From positions 1 through 64,000 of the forward strand of contig CAWJRG010000001.1 of the NCBI GenBank assembly GCA_963845185.1: a DNA stretch of 64,000 nucleotides, in the 5' to 3' direction. A program made the translations under genes and the position numbers. Shown piece by piece: positions 31,379 through 41,260 of the stretch. How positions within the stretch are numbered: the first letter of the stretch is position 1; the number at the start of each line of letters is the position of its first letter. Origin of the DNA: an uncultured bacterium (lineage in GTDB: Bacteria; Oederibacteriota; PGYV01; CAWJRG01). Below the pieces are notes generated by a model, which saw only the letters and a program-made list of their open reading frames with translations, was not told where the DNA came from and made no database searches.

Positions 31379-33421
31379 CTAATATAATTTTCTTATCTCA
31401 GAACCCGGGAAATAATGGTACAGGATCTCTGTGTATTTTTTCCCTTTTAAAGCCATGCCGTAAGTGCCCTGCTGGCACATGCCTACCCCGTGTCCCCATC
31501 CGGCTCCGTAGATATATATATCCTTGATGTATCCCTGGTTGTCTTTTCTGTATTCCCACTTTATGACATTGCTTCTTAATTTGCCGAGTATGCTCCTTAT
31601 TTTGTCGAATTTTACTATCTGGCTGCCTTTGTCACCTTCTATATATAATCTCGTAATCGAACCGCCTTTGGCGCGTTTTAATGGCATTATGTCTTTAATT
31701 TTCCCGATTTCATATTCCCGGTTAACGAAATAATCAAGGTCTTCTGCGGTCAGATACCTTATCCACCTGAAGCTGACTTCGCCTTTGCCCGTTACTTTGC
31801 AGTAAACATCCGGCAAAGACCTCACCCATTCCTCAAGCCAGAAAGGGCTGAGCGGAAAATTCCATTTGGTATCATCTTCGCCGTCGAAAACGCCGCTAAG
31901 CGCTTTTATTTTCTTTAACCCCCATATTTCATTAACATCCTCGGTATGCCCGCCGCTGTTGTCATGGTAAAATGTGTTCAATATGCTGCCGTCGCAATAC
32001 AGGACCTCGCCCCTTGTGTCGTCTATTGCCGCGTTCGTCCTCGGATCCTCTTTTGCCAGGCCTTTATACACCTGGGCTGCCTGCTGGGAGGAAAGGTCAA
32101 AACCCTCTTTCGCCTGCTGGTTTAAATGTTTGAAAGTGTATGTCCTTGCAGCGACTGCCTGAGCGCGAATGGCGTCAGGAGGCCAGGAAGAAATAATTTC
32201 CGCAGGCACAACTCCGTACAAGTATTCCTCTACGTTTATAAGATTAATCAGCGCCAGCCCGTCTTTGGAATATTTTACAAGAAAATCGCCCCTGTATGTT
32301 GTGTCCGTGCTTTCGGAAAAGAAAAAGCCCTCGCCGTACCTTACGTTATAAATATTTGTTGTGGCACTGTCTGATTTTCTTATAATGTAAATACTGCCCT
32401 TAAATAAAATTTTATTTGTAATTTTATCGCCGGAGCTTTCACCGATAAACGCACTTTTTTTATCACTGCCGACTATGTATTCCTTTAATCCCTCCCCACT
32501 AAATATTTCCTTGTTGTTCGAGTCGTATGCCGAAAATCCGCTGCCGCATTTAAAATAAATCTCTTTTACATCCTGAAGCAGGCCCACTTTTATTTCTTTC
32601 AGGTTTTCCGAGCCGGAAACGCTTTCCTTGTCCGGAGGTATGTACGCTTCTCTGTCTATTTCCTTTTCTTTTTTATATTTGGATATTTTCCCGCGGATTG
32701 CAGGGTACATCATGGCGTAGTTCTCCAGCTTGATGGCAAAAGACTTATTTTTGGTGTCTATATCCCCCATCAACGCCCAATACTTAAAAGCCATTACCGA
32801 TTTTTTTTCTTTCTCATAAAGTACTGCTAGTTTTTTATATATTTCCACATAGGTCTTATCCCTGTCAAATGCAAACTTATAACTATCTATGGCGTTGTCC
32901 AGGTCGCCTTTTTTCTCATAAGTTTCGGCGATTTTTAAATATATAATGTTTTTTCTGTCGTCGTATTTTGCCGCTTCCGCGTATTTGGCGAGTGCATCAT
33001 CGTACTCTCCTTTTTCCAGCAGGATATTCCCCCACCAGAAATACACTTCCCAGCTGGTGCTGTTTTTATCGGCCACCTGGCTTATCTCTTCTTCGGCATA
33101 ATTATACGCACCCAGAAAATAATACATCTTAGCCAGTTCAAAATGCGGTCTGAGCTCTTTGTCGCTGTAAAATACTATGTCCCTGTACACGTCAAACGCT
33201 TTCCTGTTTTCGCCGAATTCCTTGTAAACCGACGCAAGGTTGTAGTAATTTTCTATGTTGTTCCTGTCTTTCTCTATCTCTTTTTCATAATATTCCATGG
33301 ACTTTTTCATGTCATCGCCGTAATAAGGATTGGCGTTTTCAAAAAACAAAAAAGCGCGGATGTTTGAGGTTAAAATAAAAAGTAAAATGAAAAGCTGTAC
33401 TATCCTTGCGGCAGGAATCAT
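31379..33421 (-). CDS. TPR repeats + SpoIID/LytB-domain peptidoglycan lytic enzyme
   Basis: N-terminal TPRs; EEYLYGVVPAE, AQAVAARTY and GWGHGVGMCQ. Confidence 0.92.
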   Translation of the reverse strand: MIPAARIVQLFILLFILTSNIRAFLFFENANPYYGDDMKKSMEYYEKEIEKDRNNIENYYNLASVYKEFGENRKAFDVYRDIVFYSDKELRPHFELAKMYYFLGAYNYAEEEISQVADKNSTSWEVYFWWGNILLEKGEYDDALAKYAEAAKYDDRKNIIYLKIAETYEKKGDLDNAIDSYKFAFDRDKTYVEIYKKLAVLYEKEKKSVMAFKYWALMGDIDTKNKSFAIKLENYAMMYPAIRGKISKYKKEKEIDREAYIPPDKESVSGSENLKEIKVGLLQDVKEIYFKCGSGFSAYDSNNKEIFSGEGLKEYIVGSDKKSAFIGESSGDKITNKILFKGSIYIIRKSDSATTNIYNVRYGEGFFFSESTDTTYRGDFLVKYSKDGLALINLINVEEYLYGVVPAEIISSWPPDAIRAQAVAARTYTFKHLNQQAKEGFDLSSQQAAQVYKGLAKEDPRTNAAIDDTRGEVLYCDGSILNTFYHDNSGGHTEDVNEIWGLKKIKALSGVFDGEDDTKWNFPLSPFWLEEWVRSLPDVYCKVTGKGEVSFRWIRYLTAEDLDYFVNREYEIGKIKDIMPLKRAKGGSITRLYIEGDKGSQIVKFDKIRSILGKLRSNVIKWEYRKDNQGYIKDIYIYGAGWGHGVGMCQQGTYGMALKGKKYTEILYHYFPGSEIRKLY

Positions 33422-34152
33422 AAGGTGAATTTCTCTCCCAGGTATATTTCGCGGGCTTTTTTATCGTTAATGAGTTTTTTTGCAGAACCCGAAAGCAGCA
33501 CTTTTCCCTCATAAAGTATATATGCCCTGTCGGTTATCGAAAGGGTTTCCCTTACGTTATGGTCGGTAATCAGCACGCCTATGCCTTTTTTTTTCAATCC
33601 TTTGATGATATTTTGAATGTCAAAAACAGCAATCGGGTCTATTCCAACAAACGGCTCGTCAAGCAGGATGAAATGTGGCGAAAGCACCAGCGAGCGCGCT
33701 ATTTCCACCCGCCTTCTTTCCCCGCCTGATAAAGTGTAAGCCTTTTGTTTAGCGAGATGCGATATCTTAAACTCCTCCAACAGGTGGCCCATCCTTTTCT
33801 CCCTTTCTTTATCCGGCAAGTCCATGAACTCAAGCACCGACATTATGTTTTCCTCCACCGTGAGCCGTCTGAAAATGGAAGGTTCCTGTGACAGGTAGCT
33901 TATGCCCATAAGCGCCCTTTTATACATAGGCATATTGATTATATCCAAATGCTGTTTGCCGTCGTCTATAAAAATATTTCCAGCGTTGGGTTGTATTACC
34001 CCGAGTATCATGTAAAAAGTGGTTGTTTTCCCCGCGCCGTTTGGCCCAAGCAACCCCACTATCTCGCTTTCTTTCACTTCTATATTTACGTCATTTACAA
34101 CTCTTTTCTTGTTGTATATTTTAACGAGGTGATTTGTTCTTAGCCGTCTCAC
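33418..34152 (-). CDS. lptB: LPS export ABC ATPase
   Basis: GPNGAGKTT, LSGGERRRVEIAR and ITDHNVRETL. Confidence 0.97.
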   Translation of the reverse strand: MRRLRTNHLVKIYNKKRVVNDVNIEVKESEIVGLLGPNGAGKTTTFYMILGVIQPNAGNIFIDDGKQHLDIINMPMYKRALMGISYLSQEPSIFRRLTVEENIMSVLEFMDLPDKEREKRMGHLLEEFKISHLAKQKAYTLSGGERRRVEIARSLVLSPHFILLDEPFVGIDPIAVFDIQNIIKGLKKKGIGVLITDHNVRETLSITDRAYILYEGKVLLSGSAKKLINDKKAREIYLGEKFTL

Positions 34153-35032
34153 TTTCTACCTCCTTCTGCGTATTTTCAAATTCAGCATAAAAAAGTTTCG
34201 ACCATATATTGCTTTTTAAGCGTATTGATTTTTTTTCCACATCCAGGACAATTATGTCCGCAAGGAACGAACTGCTTTTTTTCCTGACAAAAGGCTTGCC
34301 CTTCATGTAAACTTTATTTTCTTTCTCATTGTAAACCACTTTATCAGCAAATGCCAGAACATCTTTCATTTCCATCTTTACTTTTTTTGTGTTTTTATCG
34401 GCAGTAACTATATTATTGACCGTGTCAAACTGGATTTGGTCGGCGTAAATTGTCAGGGTATTGCCGTCCTCAAGTTTCTTTTCGGCTACGACATTGTCAT
34501 AACCGGTTATCACGTTCATATTGTCCGTATATTTCAGCTTGTCGCATTTCATCCTGACATTTGCTTTTTTATATGTAACCCTGATGTTGCCCTCGGCGTC
34601 CGCGTCTTTCTGGTAATTCTTAGCGCTCAGCGTGTCGCAGTGCATTATAATGTCGCTTGTTACCGCTACTACATGGCCTTTGAATACTGCAGTTTCATCC
34701 TGTTTGTTGTAAGTAAGATTATCCGACGATATGTCTATTTGCCTTATCTTGTTAGCCTGCACCGGCTGGCTTTTCACAGTCGTCGCTGCCGGTGTCGGAG
34801 TCGCTGCTTTCTCCTGCTGCAATATCACTGCTTTCACTGCGGTTTTTTCTATGCCGAATACGGAGGGCGTCGGTGTTTCCGCCTCCTCAAAACCCTGCTG
34901 GCTTATCGCGCCTATCGGCTTTGAAAAACTTTTCAAATACATCTGCTTGTATTTCTGGTCGTCCACATGGTAGCATCCTGCGGCCAGAACCAGGGCAACC
35001 GCCGGAAACAGCAGTTTAAAAAATCTTACCAC
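34121..35032 (-). CDS. lptA: LptA/OstA-family beta-jellyroll lipoprotein
   Basis: LAAGC lipobox, extended OstA-like repeats and synteny between lptC and lptB. Confidence 0.75.
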   Translation of the reverse strand: MVRFFKLLFPAVALVLAAGCYHVDDQKYKQMYLKSFSKPIGAISQQGFEEAETPTPSVFGIEKTAVKAVILQQEKAATPTPAATTVKSQPVQANKIRQIDISSDNLTYNKQDETAVFKGHVVAVTSDIIMHCDTLSAKNYQKDADAEGNIRVTYKKANVRMKCDKLKYTDNMNVITGYDNVVAEKKLEDGNTLTIYADQIQFDTVNNIVTADKNTKKVKMEMKDVLAFADKVVYNEKENKVYMKGKPFVRKKSSSFLADIIVLDVEKKSIRLKSNIWSKLFYAEFENTQKEVESETAKNKSPR

Positions 35033-35573
35033 TTTTAAGGTTCCTTGCTTTTAACTTTACCTTGTTCTTAATCACGACGTTTTTCATCTGCACGTCAGAC
35101 TCAAAACCCACCCCATTTAACGTGCTGCCCTCCTTTATTATCGTCACCTCTTCGTCGCTGTACATTTTCTTGTGCGCGTCGTCCCAGAACAGTTTCTCGG
35201 TCTGCAGCGTTGCGCCGCTTGAATTCTGTAAGTGCACATTGCCCGTCATCTCCATGAAATTGGTATCCGTATCGAGCACTGCCTTGTCCGCAGTGAGCAG
35301 CGAATATTTCTTCGAATCCTCAAAATATTTTATCTCGACATTTTGCGCATAGGCCTTTTTCTTCATCTCAAAAATCTGCGTTGCCTTTGCGTTGAATATC
35401 CATTTAACCGCGCCTTTTTCCGTCGAAGTCAACTTGAAATTTTCCATGACAAAACTCGGTATATTCTCTACATTGCCTCCAACCGGCAGTTTGGGTTTAA
35501 ATCTTGTAGCTTCGTCGCAGCCTGCTAAAAAAAGCAGAACCGGCAGCGACATTAGAACAATTAGTTTTTGCAT
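35016..35573 (-). CDS. lptC: LPS export protein LptC
   Basis: LAGC lipobox, LTADKA and LQTEKLFWD; the start could alternatively be 35612. Confidence 0.85.
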   Translation of the reverse strand: MQKLIVLMSLPVLLFLAGCDEATRFKPKLPVGGNVENIPSFVMENFKLTSTEKGAVKWIFNAKATQIFEMKKKAYAQNVEIKYFEDSKKYSLLTADKAVLDTDTNFMEMTGNVHLQNSSGATLQTEKLFWDDAHKKMYSDEEVTIIKEGSTLNGVGFESDVQMKNVVIKNKVKLKARNLKSGKIF

Positions 35574-35613
35574 GTATGCCTCACAATTCGCTTGGTATTC
35601 TTCATTTTTCATT

Positions 35614-36510
35614 TTAATTAATTGTGCTTTTCCATCTCTCGTGCACCCATACCCACTGGCTGGGATATTTAATTATCATTGCGCTTATGTCATTATTATA
35701 TCTTTCAACTAGTGCCTCTGTCGTTGAATTATCTTTAATATTATAGGGCTTGTTGATTATCAGTTTATAATAACCGTCGTCCCTTCGTATAATAAACAGC
35801 GTGCACAAAGCAATATTTAGCCTTTTAGCCAGCACCGCAGGCGCAGTAGGCGTCTTTGCCGGCTTTCCGAGAAAGGGCGATATTATACTTTCAACCCTTG
35901 TATCCTGGTCCACTAGGATGCCGAGCATAAGGCCGTTATTTTTAAGTTCCCTTATCATTTCCCTGGGGTTGGCATCCCTGTCGAAAACTTTAACGTTTGC
36001 CCTGTGCCTTGTGCCGTTCACAGCTTTGTCTATCCTATCGTCAAAAAGTTTTTTGGCAATAACTCCGACATTAATTCCGTGATACGCGGCGTAAATAGGT
36101 ATCAGCTCCCAGTTTGAAATATGGCATGTTACGCCTATCAGGCTTTTTTTTTCTTGTTTCAGCTTTTCAAAATACTCCCAGCCTTCCGTTTCCTTCACAA
36201 GCGACGCAATTTTTTTCACAGGCCATGTGGAAAATTTTACAAACTCAAAAAATCCTATCCCGTAATTTTTAAAATTCCCCTTCGCGCGATTTGTTTTTTC
36301 CTCAAATGCGAGCTTCCCGTCATATACAATATCCAGGTTTCTGTATATCTTCTCGCGTTCGCTCTTTACAAGGTAAAAGGCAGCAGTTCCAAGAGCAGCC
36401 CCGGTTTTCGCGCATAACTTCCACGGCATAAGGAAAACAATTCCCCGCAGGGCTTGTATTATAATATAAAATAAAAAATTCCTTGCCTTTTTAATCGTCC
36501 GGTTTTTCAT
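35614..36510 (-). CDS. lpxL: Lipid A late acyltransferase (LpxL/HtrB family)
   Basis: HISNWE, LVDQD and PSQWVWVHERWK. Confidence 0.9.
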   Translation of the reverse strand: MKNRTIKKARNFLFYIIIQALRGIVFLMPWKLCAKTGAALGTAAFYLVKSEREKIYRNLDIVYDGKLAFEEKTNRAKGNFKNYGIGFFEFVKFSTWPVKKIASLVKETEGWEYFEKLKQEKKSLIGVTCHISNWELIPIYAAYHGINVGVIAKKLFDDRIDKAVNGTRHRANVKVFDRDANPREMIRELKNNGLMLGILVDQDTRVESIISPFLGKPAKTPTAPAVLAKRLNIALCTLFIIRRDDGYYKLIINKPYNIKDNSTTEALVERYNNDISAMIIKYPSQWVWVHERWKSTIN

Positions 36511-37045
36511 ACCTCAAATACCTTTTCAATGCCCTGTCCCACAGCCCCTGCTTTTTAAGTACAAGTTCCATAACTTCTCTCACGCAGCCGTCCCCGCCGG
36601 CTTTTTCGCAGGTATAATCAGCCGCTTTTTTCACCTCGCGCACAGCGTCGTCCGGTGCTGCCGAAAATCCGCATTTTTCCATGATGGGTATATCTATTAC
36701 ATCGTCGCCCACAAAACATATATTTTCATCTTGCAATTTAAATTTATCCTTTATATCCTCGTATACCTTTATTTTCTCCATTGCATCCTGGTAAACAATG
36801 TCTATCATAAGTTCTTTTGCCCTTATGTCTATTACCTTCGAGTACCGGCCGCTTATTATCGCGAATTTAAGCCCTGCGTAATGGCCAAGCGTTATTCCCG
36901 TGCCGTCTTTTACCTGGAAGGTTTTATATTCGTTTCCGTCGCCGCCCAGTATAATCCCGCCGCCGGTCATGACACCGTCCACATCGAGGGCTATAAGTTT
37001 TATTTTTTTTATTTTATCAGAAACACTTTTCTTCAAATCAGACAA
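36491..37045 (-). CDS. kdsC: KDO-8-phosphate phosphatase
   Basis: DVDGVMT, KDGTG, VGDDVID and GGDGCVRE. Confidence 0.93.
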   Translation of the reverse strand: MSDLKKSVSDKIKKIKLIALDVDGVMTGGGIILGGDGNEYKTFQVKDGTGITLGHYAGLKFAIISGRYSKVIDIRAKELMIDIVYQDAMEKIKVYEDIKDKFKLQDENICFVGDDVIDIPIMEKCGFSAAPDDAVREVKKAADYTCEKAGGDGCVREVMELVLKKQGLWDRALKRYLRYEKPDD

Positions 37046-38000
37046 CTCCTGATTTTAAAATATCATGCAGGTGAACTATGCCTTCCATCCCGCCTTTTTT
37101 GCCCGCGGCAAGCAGCACTGTTATTGAGTATTTTTCCATCACTTCAAGCGCTTGTATCACAAGTGTGTTTTTTGACGCTGTTCTTGGGTTTCTCGACATT
37201 ATGTATTTCATTTTTGTGGAAAACGGGTTTTCGGATTTTTCAAGAAGCCGGCGCAAATCGCCGTCGGTAAATATTCCCTTTATTTCCCCTTTTTTCCCCA
37301 ACACGGCTGTACAACCCAGCCTCTTATTTGTCATCTCAAGCAGGCCGCGTTTGAGCGTGGCATTTTCATCAACCGCTGGTATTTCCCTGCCGGTGTGCAT
37401 GATATCCTTAACTTTTAAAGTAAGCCTCTTGCCGAGAGCGCCTCCGGGATGCAGAAGTGCAAAATCCTTTTTATCAAATCCGCGTAGTTTCAATAGCGCC
37501 ACCGCAAGCGCGTCTCCTATGGCGAGCTGGACCGCGGTTGAAGCCGTAGGAGCGAGGTCCAGAGGGCACGCCTCCTGTTTTACCGAAGAATCAAGAACGC
37601 AGTCGCTGTTTTTGGCTAGTGTTGAATTTTTATTGCCTGTTATGGCTATTAGTGGGATTTTAAGCCGTCTTAAGGAAGGTATTATGCCTATTATTTCATC
37701 CGTCTCTCCGCTTTGCGATATTACAATGGCAACATCCCCTTTTGTCAGCACGCCTATGTCGCCGTGAGCAGCTTCTGCCGCATGCAGGGAAATCGCCGGC
37801 GTGCCGGTTGAGGAAAACGTTGCGGCAATTTTCTGTCCGGCCAGCCCGGATTTGCCCATGCCCGATATGATTATCTTGCCCCTGCAGTTGAAAATAACTT
37901 TTACCGCTTTTTCAAAATTGTTGTTTATTCTTTTTTTAACAGCCTCAATGGCGCTTGCCTCTATGGACAAAACACGCTTTATCTCCTGCCTTATATTCAT
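37038..38000 (-). CDS. kdsD: Arabinose-5-phosphate isomerase (KpsF/GutQ, SIS + CBS)
   Basis: GMGKSG, EACPLDLAPTAST, HPGGALG and CBS pair. Confidence 0.95.
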   Translation of the reverse strand: MNIRQEIKRVLSIEASAIEAVKKRINNNFEKAVKVIFNCRGKIIISGMGKSGLAGQKIAATFSSTGTPAISLHAAEAAHGDIGVLTKGDVAIVISQSGETDEIIGIIPSLRRLKIPLIAITGNKNSTLAKNSDCVLDSSVKQEACPLDLAPTASTAVQLAIGDALAVALLKLRGFDKKDFALLHPGGALGKRLTLKVKDIMHTGREIPAVDENATLKRGLLEMTNKRLGCTAVLGKKGEIKGIFTDGDLRRLLEKSENPFSTKMKYIMSRNPRTASKNTLVIQALEVMEKYSITVLLAAGKKGGMEGIVHLHDILKSGVV

Positions 38001-38749
38001 TTTACCGCGCCTTCTTTTTCCTCGAAATACCATATTCTAGCGCAGTTCTCGCAGATATATATGTTGTTCTTTTTCTTGACTTCTATCACTGCCTGCGGCC
38101 TTACCCTGAATTTACACCCTCCGCATATGCCTTCGCCCCTTTCATCCGCGGTAACCGGTGCGAGCGCGAGGCCGTTCTTATTTCTTCTTATTTTTTCATA
38201 CCTTTCGTACCAGTTTCTGTCCACCTGCTTCGCGGCCTCATCACGTTTTATTTTTTCATTGCTTATCAGGGCTTCCCTGTCTTTTATTTCAGCCTCTATC
38301 TTTTTTATTTCGCTGTTTATTGCCTCTTCGTTTTTTTTCAGCAGTTGCTCCTGTTCTTTCAGGAATTTACTGATTTTGTCCTCTTCCTCCATTATCTTCA
38401 GTTCCTCTTCCTCGAGTTTGTATTTTTCCTCTTTATCCTTATTTATTTCATCCTGCAGGGTTTTGTACGCTTCGTTTGTTTTCACCTGGAAGAGTTGGTC
38501 GCTTCTCTTTTGCGAGTCATCGTCTTTTGCTTTTATTTCAAGTTCAATGGATGCTTTCTTTTTCCTTATTTCATCCAGCCGGCTTTTTTTCTTGGTGAAC
38601 TCAAGCCTGTCCGCCTCTATCTTAAGTTTGTATTCGGATATCTTTGATTTTGCCTCGGTATTTTTCAATTCAACTTCCTGTATTGCAGTATCTACCTTTT
38701 GAAGTGCTATCATCCTGTCGAGTATCTCTGCGTAATTTACATTCGCCAT
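37997..38749 (-). CDS. Coiled-coil protein with C4 zinc ribbon
   Basis: Long coiled coil followed by CGGC...CENCARI. Confidence 0.9.
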   Translation of the reverse strand: MANVNYAEILDRMIALQKVDTAIQEVELKNTEAKSKISEYKLKIEADRLEFTKKKSRLDEIRKKKASIELEIKAKDDDSQKRSDQLFQVKTNEAYKTLQDEINKDKEEKYKLEEEELKIMEEEDKISKFLKEQEQLLKKNEEAINSEIKKIEAEIKDREALISNEKIKRDEAAKQVDRNWYERYEKIRRNKNGLALAPVTADERGEGICGGCKFRVRPQAVIEVKKKNNIYICENCARIWYFEEKEGAVK

Positions 38750-38853
38750 GTATCGGAATCCTCCTTAAAATTGTATTAATTAACATTTTTTATTTTAACA
38801 TTTATTCATAATTAGTCAACAGCTTGAAACATCCTTAAAATAACGCCCTCAAG

Positions 38854-39669
38854 TTACGTCGCATATCCTTCGGTCGCGTATACATTCAGTTTACAATATT
38901 GCTTAAAACCAAGTTTTTTGTACATGCCCTCGCCGTGTTTGGTTGCGTGGAGTACAGCCAGTTTTCTGCCTTTTTTAACTGCAAAATCAAGCATTTTAAG
39001 CATCAATTCTCCGGCTATTCCCTTTCCCCTGTATTCCGGCAGGGTTGCCGCAAAATATATGCCGGCCGACTCAGAACCGAGATATAAAGCTCCGGTCGAG
39101 CACTGTACATTATTATATAATGCTGTAAACTTTATGAAATCCTTGTCTTTCCCTGCTTTTGCCGAGTCAGCCAATATTGAATATATTCCCTGCCTGTCGT
39201 CCTCGCCCCAGCCGTTAAACGACTTCACTATTATATCAATCCATTTTTTCAGCATTTCGTCATCTTTTGTATCCACTTGTTTTATTGTAAGTCCCTCCAA
39301 AGGGGCCTGTTTTTTTACAGGCTGCCCCATTTCAAGCGCCATGCCTGTCCATTGTTCCGTGAATTTAAGGCCGTGTTTCTCAAGGTAATCGCCAAGGTCG
39401 TAAGGTTTTGTCGAAGGCCCGCATATCCACTCCACAGGTACTCCCCATTCCCTGAACCTTTTCAGCGTATTGTATATTTTTGATTCAATGTCAGCCGCTT
39501 TAAACAGCGCTCCAAGAATCTGGTTCATGGTTTTCGTCGCCGTGTAAGACCATATTATGTCTTCGCCTTCGAAAAATTTTCCCCCATGGCCGCTTGCCCA
39601 TAAGGATGCTGCTTCAAACAGGTTGTTTTCTATCTCGTATATAATATTTTCTTTTGTTAATTTGGCCAT
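38854..39669 (-). CDS. GNAT acetyltransferase
   Basis: ATLPEYRGKGIA and MYKKLGF. Confidence 0.9.
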   Translation of the reverse strand: MAKLTKENIIYEIENNLFEAASLWASGHGGKFFEGEDIIWSYTATKTMNQILGALFKAADIESKIYNTLKRFREWGVPVEWICGPSTKPYDLGDYLEKHGLKFTEQWTGMALEMGQPVKKQAPLEGLTIKQVDTKDDEMLKKWIDIIVKSFNGWGEDDRQGIYSILADSAKAGKDKDFIKFTALYNNVQCSTGALYLGSESAGIYFAATLPEYRGKGIAGELMLKMLDFAVKKGRKLAVLHATKHGEGMYKKLGFKQYCKLNVYATEGYAT

Positions 39670-39701
39670 CAATCAGGTTTCCTTTCAATAACATTATAAA
39701 G

Positions 39702-39728
39702 AAAAAGCGGGCGTAATAAACGCCCGCT
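39702..39728 (-). terminator. Intrinsic terminator
   Basis: AGCGGGCGT-ttatt-ACGCCCGCT followed by TTTT on the minus strand. Confidence 0.8.
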
Positions 39729-39856
39729 CCTATAATATCGTTTGTTTTGTCAAGCTTCCCAGCGCAGACAAAACATTACGATATCTTGCACCAGTTCAAG
39801 TCCCGAACTTGTAAGAGTTAAATAGTCTGGTAGACTATTTAACGGATAGTTTCCAT
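39702..39856 (-). ncRNA. Candidate structured small RNA or leader (unknown family)
   Basis: TATAAT at 39863-39868, then three hairpins and a terminator in about 155 nt. Confidence 0.4.
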
Positions 39857-39925
39857 GAAATTATTATATAACATAAAACTACCCCATAGCGGTGCCATGA
39901 TATCGTTTCTTCTTGATTTAAAAAT

Positions 39926-41086
39926 CTACCAGCTGCACTCCACTGTTATTGTCCCGAACTTTTTTATGCCGTCAAACCCGCCTTTGATAAAAGAAAAGTT
40001 GGTCATGTATCTTATCTTCGCCCATTTAAAAAATTTTGTTTTCGGGTTTAACTTTGTCATAGGCCAGAAATATTTTATCGCGAACAAAATACCGAGCCCA
40101 AGAAGTATCAGCGTTCCCGGCGCTGCTGATAATATATGCGGTACACCGCCCTTAAAAAGATCAACTACCACTTTAATTATCGCAAGGACCGGGAAAAGTT
40201 GCATCAGGTGGAAATCACCGATATAAATAACGCCTTTCATAAAACCCGGCACAGGTACAGGTATTGAGATGCCCTTGAAATACTGTATGAATATTTCCAG
40301 CACGTTTTTTGCGTGCGTTTTTACGAGCAGCGGGTGCCCGAACCCATAACCCCAGAGCTGCTTGTAAAACTGCTGCGGCGTTGCCCTGTGCATGTGGTCA
40401 ACTATTGCTTTCGGGTCAAAAAACAGCTTATATCCCTTTTGCATTATCCGCAGGGAAAAGTCAACATCTTCGGCGGTTATTTCATCCCAGAACACCCTGC
40501 CTATTGCGTCAGCCGCTGCTTTTGAGACCGCAGCATTTGCCGTGGCAAAAAACGGGCATGACTGCGAGCCGTTTACTTCGCTCGGCAGTAATTTTACAGG
40601 AACGGGATAATAACCCCCGTCCTTTTTAGACACCCTGTCTCCTATCGAAAGGAATTTCACCTGCTCGCAGTATGATTCGGTGTCGTTATTCGGGTCTGTC
40701 CTTAAGGTAAATACTTCGCCTCCCACCATGCCTATTGATGAATCTTTTGAAAAAGGGTCGAGCATTCTGTCAATCCAGTCTTTGTGGGGTGCGCAGTCCG
40801 CGTCCGTAAAAAGTATATAATCGCCTTTCGCTATTTTTAAAGCCTCGTTTCTGGCGTGTCCCGGTGATTTCGAGTTCGGAACCTCCACCAGTTTGATAAA
40901 GCCGTATTGCTGTTTCCATTTATTTATGATCGCTATGGTCCCGTCCGTAGATCCTCCGTCCGCAAGCACAATTTCCATTTTATCGCGCGGGTAATCCACA
41001 TTTAAAAGATACTGCATGGTCGTGTCCATTGTCCTTTCCGCGTTGCGGACCGGGCAGATAATGCTTACAAAAGATTTTTCATCCAT
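39926..41086 (-). CDS. Family 2 glycosyltransferase with C-terminal TM segments
   Basis: DGGSTD, FTDAD and AEDVDF. Confidence 0.92.
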   Translation of the reverse strand: MDEKSFVSIICPVRNAERTMDTTMQYLLNVDYPRDKMEIVLADGGSTDGTIAIINKWKQQYGFIKLVEVPNSKSPGHARNEALKIAKGDYILFTDADCAPHKDWIDRMLDPFSKDSSIGMVGGEVFTLRTDPNNDTESYCEQVKFLSIGDRVSKKDGGYYPVPVKLLPSEVNGSQSCPFFATANAAVSKAAADAIGRVFWDEITAEDVDFSLRIMQKGYKLFFDPKAIVDHMHRATPQQFYKQLWGYGFGHPLLVKTHAKNVLEIFIQYFKGISIPVPVPGFMKGVIYIGDFHLMQLFPVLAIIKVVVDLFKGGVPHILSAAPGTLILLGLGILFAIKYFWPMTKLNPKTKFFKWAKIRYMTNFSFIKGGFDGIKKFGTITVECSW

Positions 41087-41260
41087 TTCTTTTCCTCCGA
41101 GCAAAAGTTTATTTTAGCCAAAGTGTTGTTTTTTTCAAACACAGGCAATGATTATAAATAATAAAATTTTATTTTGCAAGGGTAATTTTTATTTTGTGCT
41201 TGCATGCATGAATGGATAACTTTTCTTATCACGTACAACCCCCACTTACCACTTTCCCGC

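Noticed and set aside
7576..38702. Many short + strand ORFs overlapping rpoBC, tuf, clpB, kdsD and others
   Set aside because: They are antisense to well-supported genes and have no recognisable motifs.
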